Positions 45,482 to 55,549 of a stretch of DNA of 64,000 nucleotides are shown piece by piece (position 1 is the stretch's first letter; each line of letters begins with the position of its first letter). Position numbers and translations under genes: made by a program. Source of the stretch: an uncultured Eggerthella sp. Lineage in GTDB: Bacteria; Actinomycetota; Coriobacteriia; Coriobacteriales; Eggerthellaceae. The notes under the pieces were generated by a model. It saw only the letters and a program-made list of their open reading frames with translations, made no database searches and was not told the DNA's origin. Location: positions 2,224 through 66,223 of the forward strand of contig URBX01000003.1 in NCBI GenBank assembly GCA_900546175.1. Direction: 5' to 3'.

Positions 45482-47539
45482 ATGAATGATTCCCAAGAAA
45501 AATTTTTGCCAGTATCCCCTGCCGATATAAAAAAACGCGGCTGGGATTCCTGCGATTTTGTTTACCTTTGTGGTGACGCCTATGTGGATCACCCTTCATT
45601 CGGCATGGCAATCATTACCCGCACTCTCGAAGCAAATGGCTATAAAGTAGGCATAATAAGCCAGCCCGATTGGAAAAATCCTGCAAGCATTTCTGCTCTA
45701 GGCAAGCCTCGTCTTGGGTTTCTGGTTTCAGCAGGCAACATGGACTCCATGGTTAATCATTACACCGTAGCGAAAAAGCGGCGGAAAACAGACTTCTACT
45801 CACCCGGTGGCAAAATTGGATTACGCCCTGACAATGCCTGCGTAGTATACGGAAATCTTATTAAGCGCGTATACAAAGATGTCCCTATTATTCTTGGCGG
45901 AGTAGAAGCCTCATTAAGAAGACTTGCTCATTACGACTACTGGGCTGACAAACTCAAACGTTCAATTGTTCTTGATGCAAATGCCGACATGGTGCTGTAT
46001 GGCATGGGGGAACTGAGCATTGTAGAAGTTGCAGATGCACTCAATGCAGGTATCCCCATTTCAGAAATAACCTGGATTAAAGGAACTGTCTTTCGCACAA
46101 AAAATCCCGCTATTGCTTACGAGGGAATAGCTCTTCCTTCCTATGAAGAGATGGTAAGCAACAAAATTAACTATGCGAAAAGCTTCAAAATTCAATATCA
46201 AAATCTAGATCCGTATAAAGGAAAGCCTCTTATTGAGCACTATGAAACAGATGCTCTGTACGTAGTGCAAAACCCAGCACAACGGCCACTTTCCACTTCA
46301 GAGATGGATGCCACCTATCGTCTTCCCTACGCTCGCACCTATCATCCTACCTATGAAAAAGATGGAGGAATTCCTGCCATTAAGGAAGTTAAGTTCAGCT
46401 TAACAAGCAATAGAGGATGCATGGGCGAATGTGCCTTCTGTTCCCTTGCGTTTCACCAGGGAAGAATTATTCAAAGCAGAAGCCATGAGAGCATCATTGA
46501 AGAAGCTCAAGAGATGATAAAAGATCCCGAATTCAAGGGATATATCCATGATGTTGGCGGTCCAACAGCAAACTTTAGGGAACCCGCCTGTCCAAAACAA
46601 ACTGAAAAAGGCGCCTGTACCAATAAACGCTGCCTTAGCCCAAAACCATGCAAGAGTCTTCGCGTGAACAACCGTGACTACTTTGAGCTCTTACGAAAGC
46701 TTCGCAAACTTCCTGGTGTTAAGAAAGTATTTGTGCGCAGTGGGATTCGTTTCGACTACCTTCTTTATGACAAACACGGAAAAGAATACCTCAAGGAACT
46801 GGCGCAATACCATGTGAGCGGACAGCTACGTCTTGCTCCCGAACATGTAAGCAACGAGGTTCTTGCGCTTATGGGCAAACCTTCCCACGAACTCTATCAG
46901 GAATTTGTTTCAGAATTTAATAAGGCTAACGAAGAGCTGAATCTAAAACAATACATCCTTCCCTATCTTATGAGTTCGCATCCTGGCTCCACCTTAAACG
47001 AGGCTATTGAGCTTGCTGAATTTTGCAGAGATATGGGTTTCAATCCAGAACAAATTAGCGATTTTTACCCTACTCCAAGCACTATTAGCACCTGTATTTA
47101 CTACACAGGGGTTGACCCTCGAACTATGAAAGAAGTATATTGCCCTCGCAATCCTCATGAGAAGGCAATGCAAAAAGCACTTATTCAGTATAGAAATCCT
47201 GCAAACAAGAAGCTGGTTTTAGAGGCGCTACGTCGTGCTGGTAGAGAAGATTTAATTGGCTACGAAAAGCATTGCCTTGTCCGCCCAGAAAAGCCAGGTT
47301 CCCGTAAGTTTGACCAGAGCAAGCCAAACACTCATACGTCAAACAAACAAAAACCTGGCTCTCAAAAATCAAAGCATTCTCAACAGGCTCAGAGCAAGCA
47401 CAATCCGTCTAGGCAGTCACAGGGCAAGCACGTTCCATCTAGACAGACACAGGGCAAGCAAGAATTATCCCAGAATGCCAACCATAAACCTGCCCCAAAC
47501 AAGAGCAGAAAAAACACTGCCCGTTCAAAACGTTCATAG
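45482..47539 (+). CDS. ygiQ: YgiQ-family radical SAM protein (UPF0313) with a basic low-complexity C-terminal tail
   Basis: YgiQ N-terminus (DFVYLCGDAYVDHPSFG), radical SAM CxxxCxxC (CMGECAFC); tail with QSKHNPSRQS/QGKHVPSRQT repeats. Confidence 0.85.
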   Translation: MNDSQEKFLPVSPADIKKRGWDSCDFVYLCGDAYVDHPSFGMAIITRTLEANGYKVGIISQPDWKNPASISALGKPRLGFLVSAGNMDSMVNHYTVAKKRRKTDFYSPGGKIGLRPDNACVVYGNLIKRVYKDVPIILGGVEASLRRLAHYDYWADKLKRSIVLDANADMVLYGMGELSIVEVADALNAGIPISEITWIKGTVFRTKNPAIAYEGIALPSYEEMVSNKINYAKSFKIQYQNLDPYKGKPLIEHYETDALYVVQNPAQRPLSTSEMDATYRLPYARTYHPTYEKDGGIPAIKEVKFSLTSNRGCMGECAFCSLAFHQGRIIQSRSHESIIEEAQEMIKDPEFKGYIHDVGGPTANFREPACPKQTEKGACTNKRCLSPKPCKSLRVNNRDYFELLRKLRKLPGVKKVFVRSGIRFDYLLYDKHGKEYLKELAQYHVSGQLRLAPEHVSNEVLALMGKPSHELYQEFVSEFNKANEELNLKQYILPYLMSSHPGSTLNEAIELAEFCRDMGFNPEQISDFYPTPSTISTCIYYTGVDPRTMKEVYCPRNPHEKAMQKALIQYRNPANKKLVLEALRRAGREDLIGYEKHCLVRPEKPGSRKFDQSKPNTHTSNKQKPGSQKSKHSQQAQSKHNPSRQSQGKHVPSRQTQGKQELSQNANHKPAPNKSRKNTARSKRS

Positions 47540-47560
47540 CTTCACGAACAAGAGTTCTTC

Positions 47561-48700
47561 TTAGAACAAGGAGAACACTGCAAGACAAAAGACAATGGTC
47601 ACAACCGCAATTAATCCCATAATGAGCCAACCTTTTGGATTCGCCCAGTTAATTGTCCAACCAACACCAAAACGTTTAGTCACAATAAAGCTCGAATCAT
47701 TACGATTAACATAGAACACGCCTAGCTTCCAAAACTCATCTTCATCACGTGACATTTCGCCTTGAGATTCAATACCTTTAAATACACGAGCGCCAGACTG
47801 GCCATATACAACCGACATCACGATTGCTCCTCCAATAATAAGAGTGATAGGCACCATCAAAAAGACTGCAGCATCCAGAAGAGAGATAATGCCTGCCTCA
47901 GCAAGAACAAAAAAGACTCCTAAAGAAACGTTGATCAATAAACCAGTAATCAAGAGGAAGATAGAATAGGCACGCGCATACGCCCCGTATGCATAAGCAC
48001 TTGTTGCAGGACGAGAAGGATCCAGAACCTTTTTCGAGCGAATAATCATCCAGTGAGAAATAATCATAACAATTGCAATAAACACCTCTACAAACAAAGG
48101 GAATGACGCGGTTAGATACGACTTTTCTACCCAATGGTTAATTTCTCCATTAAACCCTACCTGCATAGGCAATTGCTCCGGCATTTGAGGATAAAACACC
48201 ATAATGAGCACCGCGCTAAGAAGCCAAAGAGGAATGTACAAAACGTTCCAAGCTATAGAAAGTGGCCGTGGAGTTTCAGCAGCTTGCTTTCCAATAAACA
48301 CGGCACTTTCAGAACCACTTGCCTTCCAACCTTCTTGGTCTTTTATAGCTTTTACCTTTTTTCTAAAGAACAGCATCAAAGCAAAGCTCAAAGCCATTGG
48401 CACTAAAACCGCAAGCAAATACATAATAGAAAAACCAAGAGAATCGTCTTTGGCTAAAGCCTGAGGAATTGCAAGGAGCGCAAATACAGTAAAGAGTGCT
48501 GAAATTACAAGCTGAATAAGTGCATAGGCACGCTTCAAACGAAGAAGCCTAGAATCTTTTGCCGCTGCTTCAGGAATTGTTACCGCAAAACATTCATACT
48601 TCGGCATAAGCCATGGCATGATTGCGAGTAGTATTCCGCAAATAGGGATGATTGCAACAAGTACCCCAACAATTACCCCTGTTCCGTTCATAGTGATCAC
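47561..48700 (-). CDS. Polytopic membrane protein (DUF1648/SdpI-like, putative) co-transcribed with a GntR regulator
   Basis: 379 aa, about 10 TM segments; 4-nt overlap with the upstream GntR gene. Confidence 0.5.
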   Translation of the reverse strand: MITMNGTGVIVGVLVAIIPICGILLAIMPWLMPKYECFAVTIPEAAAKDSRLLRLKRAYALIQLVISALFTVFALLAIPQALAKDDSLGFSIMYLLAVLVPMALSFALMLFFRKKVKAIKDQEGWKASGSESAVFIGKQAAETPRPLSIAWNVLYIPLWLLSAVLIMVFYPQMPEQLPMQVGFNGEINHWVEKSYLTASFPLFVEVFIAIVMIISHWMIIRSKKVLDPSRPATSAYAYGAYARAYSIFLLITGLLINVSLGVFFVLAEAGIISLLDAAVFLMVPITLIIGGAIVMSVVYGQSGARVFKGIESQGEMSRDEDEFWKLGVFYVNRNDSSFIVTKRFGVGWTINWANPKGWLIMGLIAVVTIVFCLAVFSLF

Positions 48701-49086
48701 TCCTCCCCCTCTTCTACAATCCTATTTACCAGCGCAACAAATGAAGCTACTGTGCCTCCTTTTGCGCAATAATCCATGAAAACCTGACGAAGTGTTTCTT
48801 TGATAGCATTATCAAGTTCTCTTTGTTCTTGAGTAGTTTTCGGAGCAGTTCTCTCGACAACAATAGTGCCATTTCTTCCTGCCATCATCACATATCCTTC
48901 ATCCTGAAGAAGAGCATATGCTTTGTTCACCGTGTGTAAATTGACTCCAAGATCAGAAGCAAGACTTCGAACGCTTGGGAGCACCTCTCCTGGCTCTAAT
49001 TGACCTTTTGCAATTGCCGACACAAGCTGATTACGTATTTGGAGATACAACGGATCCGATTTCATCTTATCTATACTGAGAAGCAT
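48697..49086 (-). CDS. GntR-family (YtrA-like, short) transcriptional regulator
   Basis: LPSVRSLASDLGVNLHTVNKAYALLQDEGYV HTH; RBS GGAGGTG. Confidence 0.8.
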   Translation of the reverse strand: MLLSIDKMKSDPLYLQIRNQLVSAIAKGQLEPGEVLPSVRSLASDLGVNLHTVNKAYALLQDEGYVMMAGRNGTIVVERTAPKTTQEQRELDNAIKETLRQVFMDYCAKGGTVASFVALVNRIVEEGEE

Positions 49087-49102
49087 CTTTTCACCTCCAA
49101 AC

Positions 49103-49125
49103 AAAATCCAATTTGTTATATATGT
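49103..49125. promoter_or_regulatory. Putative GntR operator: perfect 8-bp inverted repeat TTGTTATA-n7-TATAACAA
   Basis: Lies 17 nt upstream of the GntR start codon and contains a GT..AC core. Confidence 0.4.
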
Positions 49126-49240
49126 ACTATAACAAATATAACAAAGATTGCAAAGCTAGAACAAAGGCGCCCAGAAGATGGACGCCTCAATGAATTACAC
49201 GTAAATGAAGGTTATTTTTTGATGGTAAAAAGACTTTAAA

Positions 49241-50104
49241 TTAAAGATAGATAATTACCAGACCAATCAATACACCAAGTAAGACGAAGAAGGTAGGAAT
49301 CTTGCTGCGATACATCAAAATTGCCTGAGGCAATATTTCGCCAAATACTACATAGAGCATGGCACCAGAAGCAAGACCCAGACTAAGCGAAAGACCAAGC
49401 GGTCCGATATCTCCCAGCCAGAAACCAAGCCATGCACCAAATAAGGTAGGAGCACCACACGCAGCAGTAATAAGCACCGCCTTTACCCTGTTCATTCCTC
49501 CTGCAATAAGAGGAACCGAAACCGCCATTCCTTCAGGAATATTGTGCATGCCAATAAGAATAGCCATTACAAGACCCGTACCTAAATACAAGTCATCAGA
49601 AGAAATAAAGCTTGCTCCAATAGTCATTCCTTCAGGAATATTGTGAAGGGCAATTGCGCAAGCCATTACAAAACCTGCAACAAAAAGCGCAATTCCCCTA
49701 TCTTGGTGCTGAATGTGTTGGTTTAAGTGGTCCGCATGAATAAGCTCGTCAATATCATCGTGGGTTTTAGGATGATCAGGATTAGCGGTATGCTCAATTT
49801 CTTTGTAGGTTCGTTTGTCAATCATGAAATTGAGACCATATACCACAGCCACACCAATAATCACAAATACTGAAGCAACAAAAGGGGCCGCAGCTAAAGA
49901 AACCTCTTGCGCGGCTTCTACCGATTCAGGCAAAAGCTCCAAGCAGACAATTGCCATCATAACGCCACCCGCTAAAGAAAGAAGCAGGCTGACCGTTTTA
50001 TTGGAGTCCTTCTTTACTAAAGCGCCAACTAGGCCGCCTAGACCAGTTCCTCCTGCACCCGCTAAAAGGGTCACTATTGTTACGTATAAAAACGAATCTA
50101 CCAT
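49241..50104 (-). CDS. ZIP-family metal (Zn/Fe) permease
   Basis: Two HNIPEGM motifs (HNIPEGMTIGASF, HNIPEGMAVSVPL). Confidence 0.85.
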   Translation of the reverse strand: MVDSFLYVTIVTLLAGAGGTGLGGLVGALVKKDSNKTVSLLLSLAGGVMMAIVCLELLPESVEAAQEVSLAAAPFVASVFVIIGVAVVYGLNFMIDKRTYKEIEHTANPDHPKTHDDIDELIHADHLNQHIQHQDRGIALFVAGFVMACAIALHNIPEGMTIGASFISSDDLYLGTGLVMAILIGMHNIPEGMAVSVPLIAGGMNRVKAVLITAACGAPTLFGAWLGFWLGDIGPLGLSLSLGLASGAMLYVVFGEILPQAILMYRSKIPTFFVLLGVLIGLVIIYL

Positions 50105-50284
50105 GCCTGCTATCCTGTGAGCTTTTGAGCTTTAACTCGTGAGATTCTAACATATCCACTACTGCCGCGAGTACGTCCAAATACCATAATAGTAAGAAAT
50201 GAGGGGTTACAGGAAGAATCTAGATTTTTTGAAAAAGCAATCCGAATATACCCATACGCAAATTTCTCGAACAAAAGAAAATTT

Positions 50285-50317
50285 GAAGAAAAAAGAGGCG
50301 GGAATATACCCGCCTCT
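50285..50317 (-). terminator. Rho-independent terminator downstream of pckA (minus strand)
   Basis: AGAGGCGGG-aatatac-CCGCCTCT, followed on the minus strand by TTTTTTCTT. Confidence 0.6.
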
Positions 50318-50357
50318 GAAAACAACTAATGGTTTATCTATACATACAACGAAAAGC

Positions 50358-51926
50358 TTATGCCTTAGGGCCAGCAGCCTTAATTTCGTCAGAAACATGG
50401 CTGTATTTCTTTTCGAAGTTTTCATTAAACATAACAGCAAGCTTATGAGCAGCAGCCTTGTAAGTTTCCTTGTCTTCCCACATCTTCTCAGGAATCATCA
50501 ATTCGTCTGGACAGCCTTCGCAAGTGGTAGGAACTTCAACGCCAAACAATGGGTCAATTACAAACTCAGCATTGTCAATAGAGCCGTCAAGTGCAGCATT
50601 AACCATTGCACGAGTGTACTTCAATTTAGTGCGCTCGCCAGTGCCATTCCATCCTGTGTTAACCAAGAATACACGAGCACCTGATTCTTCAACACGGTCG
50701 GCCAGCATAGCTGCATAACGAGCAGGATCCAAAGGCATAAATGGCTCTCCGAAGCAAGTTGAGAATGTAGGTACTGGCTCTTTAATGCCAATTTCAGTGC
50801 CTGCAACCTTTGAAGTAAAGCCAGACAAGAAATAATACATGGTCTGATTACGGTCAAGCTTAGAGATTGGAGGCAAAACACCAAATGCATCAGCGGTCAA
50901 GAAAATAACAGTCTTAGGAATGCCACCCTTGCCATGAGGTTCGGTGTTATTAATGTGCTCAATTGGATAACCTACGCGGGAATTAACAGCCAAAGAGTCA
51001 TCGAAGAAGTCAAATTCGCGAGTCTCAGGATCCATCACAACATTCTCCACCAAAGCACCAAACTTGATTGCATTGTAGATATCTGGCTCACGCTCTGGAT
51101 CCAAGTCGATACATTTTGCGTAGCAACCGCCCTCGAAGTTAAATACACCATCATCGCACCAGCCATGTTCATCATCACCAATAAGCATGCGGTCTGGAGA
51201 AGCAGAGAGGGTAGTTTTGCCAGTACCAGACAAACCGAAGAAGATTGCAGAAACGCCCTCTTCGTCACAGTTTGCAGAACAGTGCATTGGGAGAACACCC
51301 TGGAGAGGCAAGATGAAGTTCATGATAGAGAAAACGGTCTTCTTGATTTCGCCCGCATACCGAGTGCCACAAATAACAGCACGATGTTGTTCGTAATCAA
51401 GAAGAATTGCAGCTTCAGAATTAACACCGTCACGCTCAGGATCTGCTTTAAAACCAGGAGCGCACAAAATGGTATAGTCTGCTTCAAAAGTATCTAAAGC
51501 AGCTTTATCCTCGAAACGGCGAAGAAGCTGTGTAATGAAAAGATTCTGAGATGCAAGCTCGTTTACTACACGGAAATTCTTGGAATAGGTAGTGTCAGCA
51601 CCCGCAAAGCCATCAAATACAAATACGTCTTTGCCGTTCATGTATTCAGCAACACGATTCCAAAGAGCATTGAATTTATCCTGTGAAATTGGACGGTTAA
51701 CGTCTCCCCAATGTACATCTTCATGCACTGAAGGAGTGTCAACGATAAATTTGTCGTTTGCGGAGCGACCGGTGTATTTGCCCGTTTCAACAACCAGAGC
51801 ACCAGTGCGGCTTAAAGTACCTTCACCACGTGCAAGAGCCTTTTCAGTAAGAATTGCTGGCTCAAGATTGCGATAAACATTTGCTGGAGCAGTAATGCCT
51901 AAAGCCTCAATTCCGTAGGTATTCAC
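50358..51926 (-). CDS. pckA: Phosphoenolpyruvate carboxykinase (ATP)
   Basis: 522 aa; kinase-1a FFGLSGTGKTTLS; PEPCK-ATP signature region. Confidence 0.95.
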   Translation of the reverse strand: MNTYGIEALGITAPANVYRNLEPAILTEKALARGEGTLSRTGALVVETGKYTGRSANDKFIVDTPSVHEDVHWGDVNRPISQDKFNALWNRVAEYMNGKDVFVFDGFAGADTTYSKNFRVVNELASQNLFITQLLRRFEDKAALDTFEADYTILCAPGFKADPERDGVNSEAAILLDYEQHRAVICGTRYAGEIKKTVFSIMNFILPLQGVLPMHCSANCDEEGVSAIFFGLSGTGKTTLSASPDRMLIGDDEHGWCDDGVFNFEGGCYAKCIDLDPEREPDIYNAIKFGALVENVVMDPETREFDFFDDSLAVNSRVGYPIEHINNTEPHGKGGIPKTVIFLTADAFGVLPPISKLDRNQTMYYFLSGFTSKVAGTEIGIKEPVPTFSTCFGEPFMPLDPARYAAMLADRVEESGARVFLVNTGWNGTGERTKLKYTRAMVNAALDGSIDNAEFVIDPLFGVEVPTTCEGCPDELMIPEKMWEDKETYKAAAHKLAVMFNENFEKKYSHVSDEIKAAGPKA

Positions 51927-52339
51927 GATGAATCTTCCTCACTTTCGTCCCCATGCCGCAGAACACGAGGAACCAAAAAATTTGTTAACCCGGCACATAA
52001 AAAAATGTACTGGTCAATTATACGATACGAGCGAAACAAACAAGAAACAAAGCGGCCAATTACTATAGAAATATGGTTAAAAAGATATAAACCTACAAAT
52101 ATAATTTGTTGCTCTACTTATAATATTAGAAATCTTTACTCATTTTTTATCTTTTGAGTAATCCGAGTTTTTTGAAACAATCAATATCGCTCTCAACAGT
52201 AAGCTCGAACAAATACCTCAGGAGCGTAAAGCTACCGCTTCTATCGACAAAGCAGAAGCTTCAAAGCACTCTACAAAGCGTAGGTAGGAAAAGGTCTTAT
52301 TTCGTGAGAAAGTTAAGCCAGACGAGAGAGAGGAATCGT

Positions 52340-52996
52340 ATGGAAAACTTTTTGACAGGAAAAATCATTAAAGAACTTCGACAGAAAAAAGGTCTTACTC
52401 AAAAAGAACTCGCCGAGAAGCTCGAAGTGAGCGATAAGGCTATATCGAAGTGGGAAACTAATAGAGGGTATCCTGATATTACCCTGCTTGAATCTCTCGC
52501 TTTTACTTTAGGAATATCCGTTGCGGAATTACTTACTGGAACAAATAGCGTAAACAACAACCGCAGTGCAAATATGAGAAAAACGCTGTTTTATGTTTGC
52601 CCTCTTTGCGGAAACATCTTTCACTCAACTGGACAAGGGTTTATAAGCTGCTGCGGAATCTCTCTTCTTCCTCTTGAGGCAGAAGAACCTGATAAAAAAG
52701 AACAAGCCTTTGAAGAGACCTCTGAAGAAAATAGCTCCTATCAAGACGGGCCTTCGTTTGATGAAAGTCATGTTTTGCATGTTGAAAGAATTGAAGATGA
52801 GTACTTTGTTACCACTACTCACCCAATGACAAAAACTCATTATTTGTCATTCATTGCAAGTGTTTGCGATAATAGCGTTACCATTACGAAGTTATATCCT
52901 GAAAGCACTGTTGAAGCTCGCTTTAAGATTAGGCAAACTAACGAACTGTATTATTTCTGCAATCACCATGGACTCTACAAGCTTCGCATGAAATAG
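52340..52996 (+). CDS. XRE-family HTH regulator with a C-terminal Cys-rich (zinc-ribbon-like) domain
   Basis: LTQKELAEKLEVSDKAISKWETNRGYP HTH; CPLCGN...SCCG; start chosen at MENFLTGK with RBS GAGAGAGGAA. Confidence 0.65.
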   Translation: MENFLTGKIIKELRQKKGLTQKELAEKLEVSDKAISKWETNRGYPDITLLESLAFTLGISVAELLTGTNSVNNNRSANMRKTLFYVCPLCGNIFHSTGQGFISCCGISLLPLEAEEPDKKEQAFEETSEENSSYQDGPSFDESHVLHVERIEDEYFVTTTHPMTKTHYLSFIASVCDNSVTITKLYPESTVEARFKIRQTNELYYFCNHHGLYKLRMK

Positions 52997-55549
52997 TTAT
53001 GCCGATTCCATAACTGACTGCTTGTTTTGCATTTCAATATGGCCCTCTCGTATTTCTTTCACAAACAGATGAACCAATCGAGGGTCGAATTGAGAACCTG
53101 CTCCCTCTTCAAGAATGCGTAAAGCCTCTTCAAGACTGCGAATATCTTGATAAACGCGCTTAGTGGTAATAGCGTCAAAAGAGTCTGCAACACACAAAAT
53201 TCGTGCGCTCAAAGGGATGTCTTCACCTTGAAGCTGGCGTGGATATCCCTTTCCGTCCCAACGCTCATGATGCCCCACTACCGCAGGAATTACATAATCC
53301 AAGCTTGGCAAATGACGAATAATCGAAACGGCATTTTCGGGATGCTTTTTCATTATTTCGTATTCTTCGTTAGTAAGGCGATCTTTTTTATTGAGGATGT
53401 TTTCTGGGATACCAATCTTTCCAATATCGTGAAGAAGGCCAGCCTCACGGATAATCTCAACAGTATCTTCATCCAGATTACAAGCGCGCGCCAAAGCAGA
53501 AGCATAATACGCTACGTTGTTTGAGTGTGTAAAGGTGTAGTGATCTTTTGCGTCAATAGCAGCAGCCAATGCATAGATTGTGCTTTCGTAACTTGAATAC
53601 GTTCCTTGACGATCGAGAGTCTTTGGAGCACGTCCTTCTTTTATGTCACTAACAGAAAAGACCTTGATGCCGTTTTTGCCCTTTTGCTTAACTTGATATA
53701 CCGACATATCCGCATTAGCAATAAGTTGCTTTACATTGCTTGCGCCAAACGGAATACTGCAAATACCAATACTTGTGGTGATAATCTTTAAAGCACCCAA
53801 TTCCTGAGAAGGAGTTCGGTTTAAGTCATAAATCTGACGCTGAAGGTTTTGAGCAAGCTGATAGGCCTTACGAGTGTCAAAACCAGGCATTAAGATGCCA
53901 AATTCTTTTCCACCATAACGTGAAACAGAACAACCTTCCGGTATCGAATGAGAAATAATATCTGCAATATTCTTAAGCGCTTCATCGCCTACTCGCTCAC
54001 CATAAAGCTGGTTATAGAGCTTGAAGTCATCAACATTTACAATAATGAGGCTCAACGCTCCAGCAGGATTTGCTCCATACAACTCATCAATCAATGACAA
54101 GAAATACTTTCGATTAAGCAAGCCAGTCAGATCGTCAGTTTTTGCATCCTTAGCCACGCGTTCATACAAGATACTATTGCGAACAGACGAAGCCGTAAGC
54201 ATCATTATGTTAATCAGATGTTCCTGATCAGCAACGGGTAAACGACGCTCCTTTGAGCGCAAAGTTAAAAAGGCTGCGCCAAGCAATTCGCCATCATCAC
54301 GAAGAGGCACAATATAGTCAGCTGAAAGAGCGCTTAAGTATCGCTTTTCTTCTTCCCATAAGCCTCGATATTCGTTACTGTGGACAAATTCGTCCATAAA
54401 CACAGGCTCACTCTGAAGCGCAAACCAATCAAGAATTACGCTGGAAGACTTAACTACCACTCTTCCTACTTCGAAAGAGCTTGAACTACCTACAATTACT
54501 AAGTTACCTGTACTATCCACCGCACACATACGAGCAGCACGAATATCGCGGAAGTCCTTTAATGCTTGTCTGCAGAAGTAATCGCCTACCTGATAGATTT
54601 CCAAGCTGCGCGAAATCTCAGAATGGTATTCCTGCAAGCCGCTTACACGCGCGTTGAAATCACGGAGGAACAGCTTTTCGCTAATGTGACATACCAACCA
54701 ATACACCACAACAGCCCAAACCGCAGAAACAATAGCAACAAGAGAGATACTTGCCTGCGAAAACGGAGCAGGCAATGCCCTAATCCACGCCTCTATAGCA
54801 GGAGCAGCAAACAAAACGAAAAACAGTAACGAAATGAAAGAAATTAACGCATAGGTCTTACGAGAAAAAGCCAATGACAAAGAAACCAAATGCTTGTAAT
54901 AGAGAGCAATGAAAACACTTAAAGCAAAGAATGCGCCTCCTACAATATCCAACGGAATACCGCTAAATGGAGGCAGCATAATTATTACGTTACCTAAAAC
55001 TAGAATTGCAGTTCCCAATATAAGGACACGAATAGCCGACGGAGGCATCAGCTGCTTGCGCAAGGTTTCCACTACGTGACCACCAATAAAGACAAAACAC
55101 ACAGCCAGCAAACCATACATAAGATAAGTACCGATAGTCATGGTATACACAAACGATACTTGTCCATTTTCAAGATATACAGGCGTTGGAGCGTCTAAGA
55201 ACGTGCCCGTAAAGAAGTTTGCTATCAGCATCAGAACAATCAGGCCCGAAATTGCATATTCAACAAGGGAAAACTTAGTTTCCGCAAACTTACATACCAG
55301 CATGTCCATGGTAATTACACCAATCCAGATTCCCACAAATGAAAGGTGATACCAAGGCTCTACCATATCCATAAACTGAATACGCATAAGAAATGATCCG
55401 CCCGACCAGAGAGCCATAAAAGCCAGGAAAACCATAAATGAACGAATTAAATCGTTTTTCTTTGCTGAGATAAAAATACCCAGCATAAATACATAGAGGA
55501 AAAAGGTCACCAGAGGGACAATAGCAAATCCGGACATCATAACGACCAC
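52997..55549 (-). CDS. Membrane sensor protein with a degenerate GGDEF (GGKEF) domain and an HD-GYP domain
   Basis: About 8 N-terminal TM segments; RYGGKEFGIL; HDIGKIGIP and HHERWDGKGYP. Confidence 0.85.
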   Translation of the reverse strand: MVVMMSGFAIVPLVTFFLYVFMLGIFISAKKNDLIRSFMVFLAFMALWSGGSFLMRIQFMDMVEPWYHLSFVGIWIGVITMDMLVCKFAETKFSLVEYAISGLIVLMLIANFFTGTFLDAPTPVYLENGQVSFVYTMTIGTYLMYGLLAVCFVFIGGHVVETLRKQLMPPSAIRVLILGTAILVLGNVIIMLPPFSGIPLDIVGGAFFALSVFIALYYKHLVSLSLAFSRKTYALISFISLLFFVLFAAPAIEAWIRALPAPFSQASISLVAIVSAVWAVVVYWLVCHISEKLFLRDFNARVSGLQEYHSEISRSLEIYQVGDYFCRQALKDFRDIRAARMCAVDSTGNLVIVGSSSSFEVGRVVVKSSSVILDWFALQSEPVFMDEFVHSNEYRGLWEEEKRYLSALSADYIVPLRDDGELLGAAFLTLRSKERRLPVADQEHLINIMMLTASSVRNSILYERVAKDAKTDDLTGLLNRKYFLSLIDELYGANPAGALSLIIVNVDDFKLYNQLYGERVGDEALKNIADIISHSIPEGCSVSRYGGKEFGILMPGFDTRKAYQLAQNLQRQIYDLNRTPSQELGALKIITTSIGICSIPFGASNVKQLIANADMSVYQVKQKGKNGIKVFSVSDIKEGRAPKTLDRQGTYSSYESTIYALAAAIDAKDHYTFTHSNNVAYYASALARACNLDEDTVEIIREAGLLHDIGKIGIPENILNKKDRLTNEEYEIMKKHPENAVSIIRHLPSLDYVIPAVVGHHERWDGKGYPRQLQGEDIPLSARILCVADSFDAITTKRVYQDIRSLEEALRILEEGAGSQFDPRLVHLFVKEIREGHIEMQNKQSVMESA

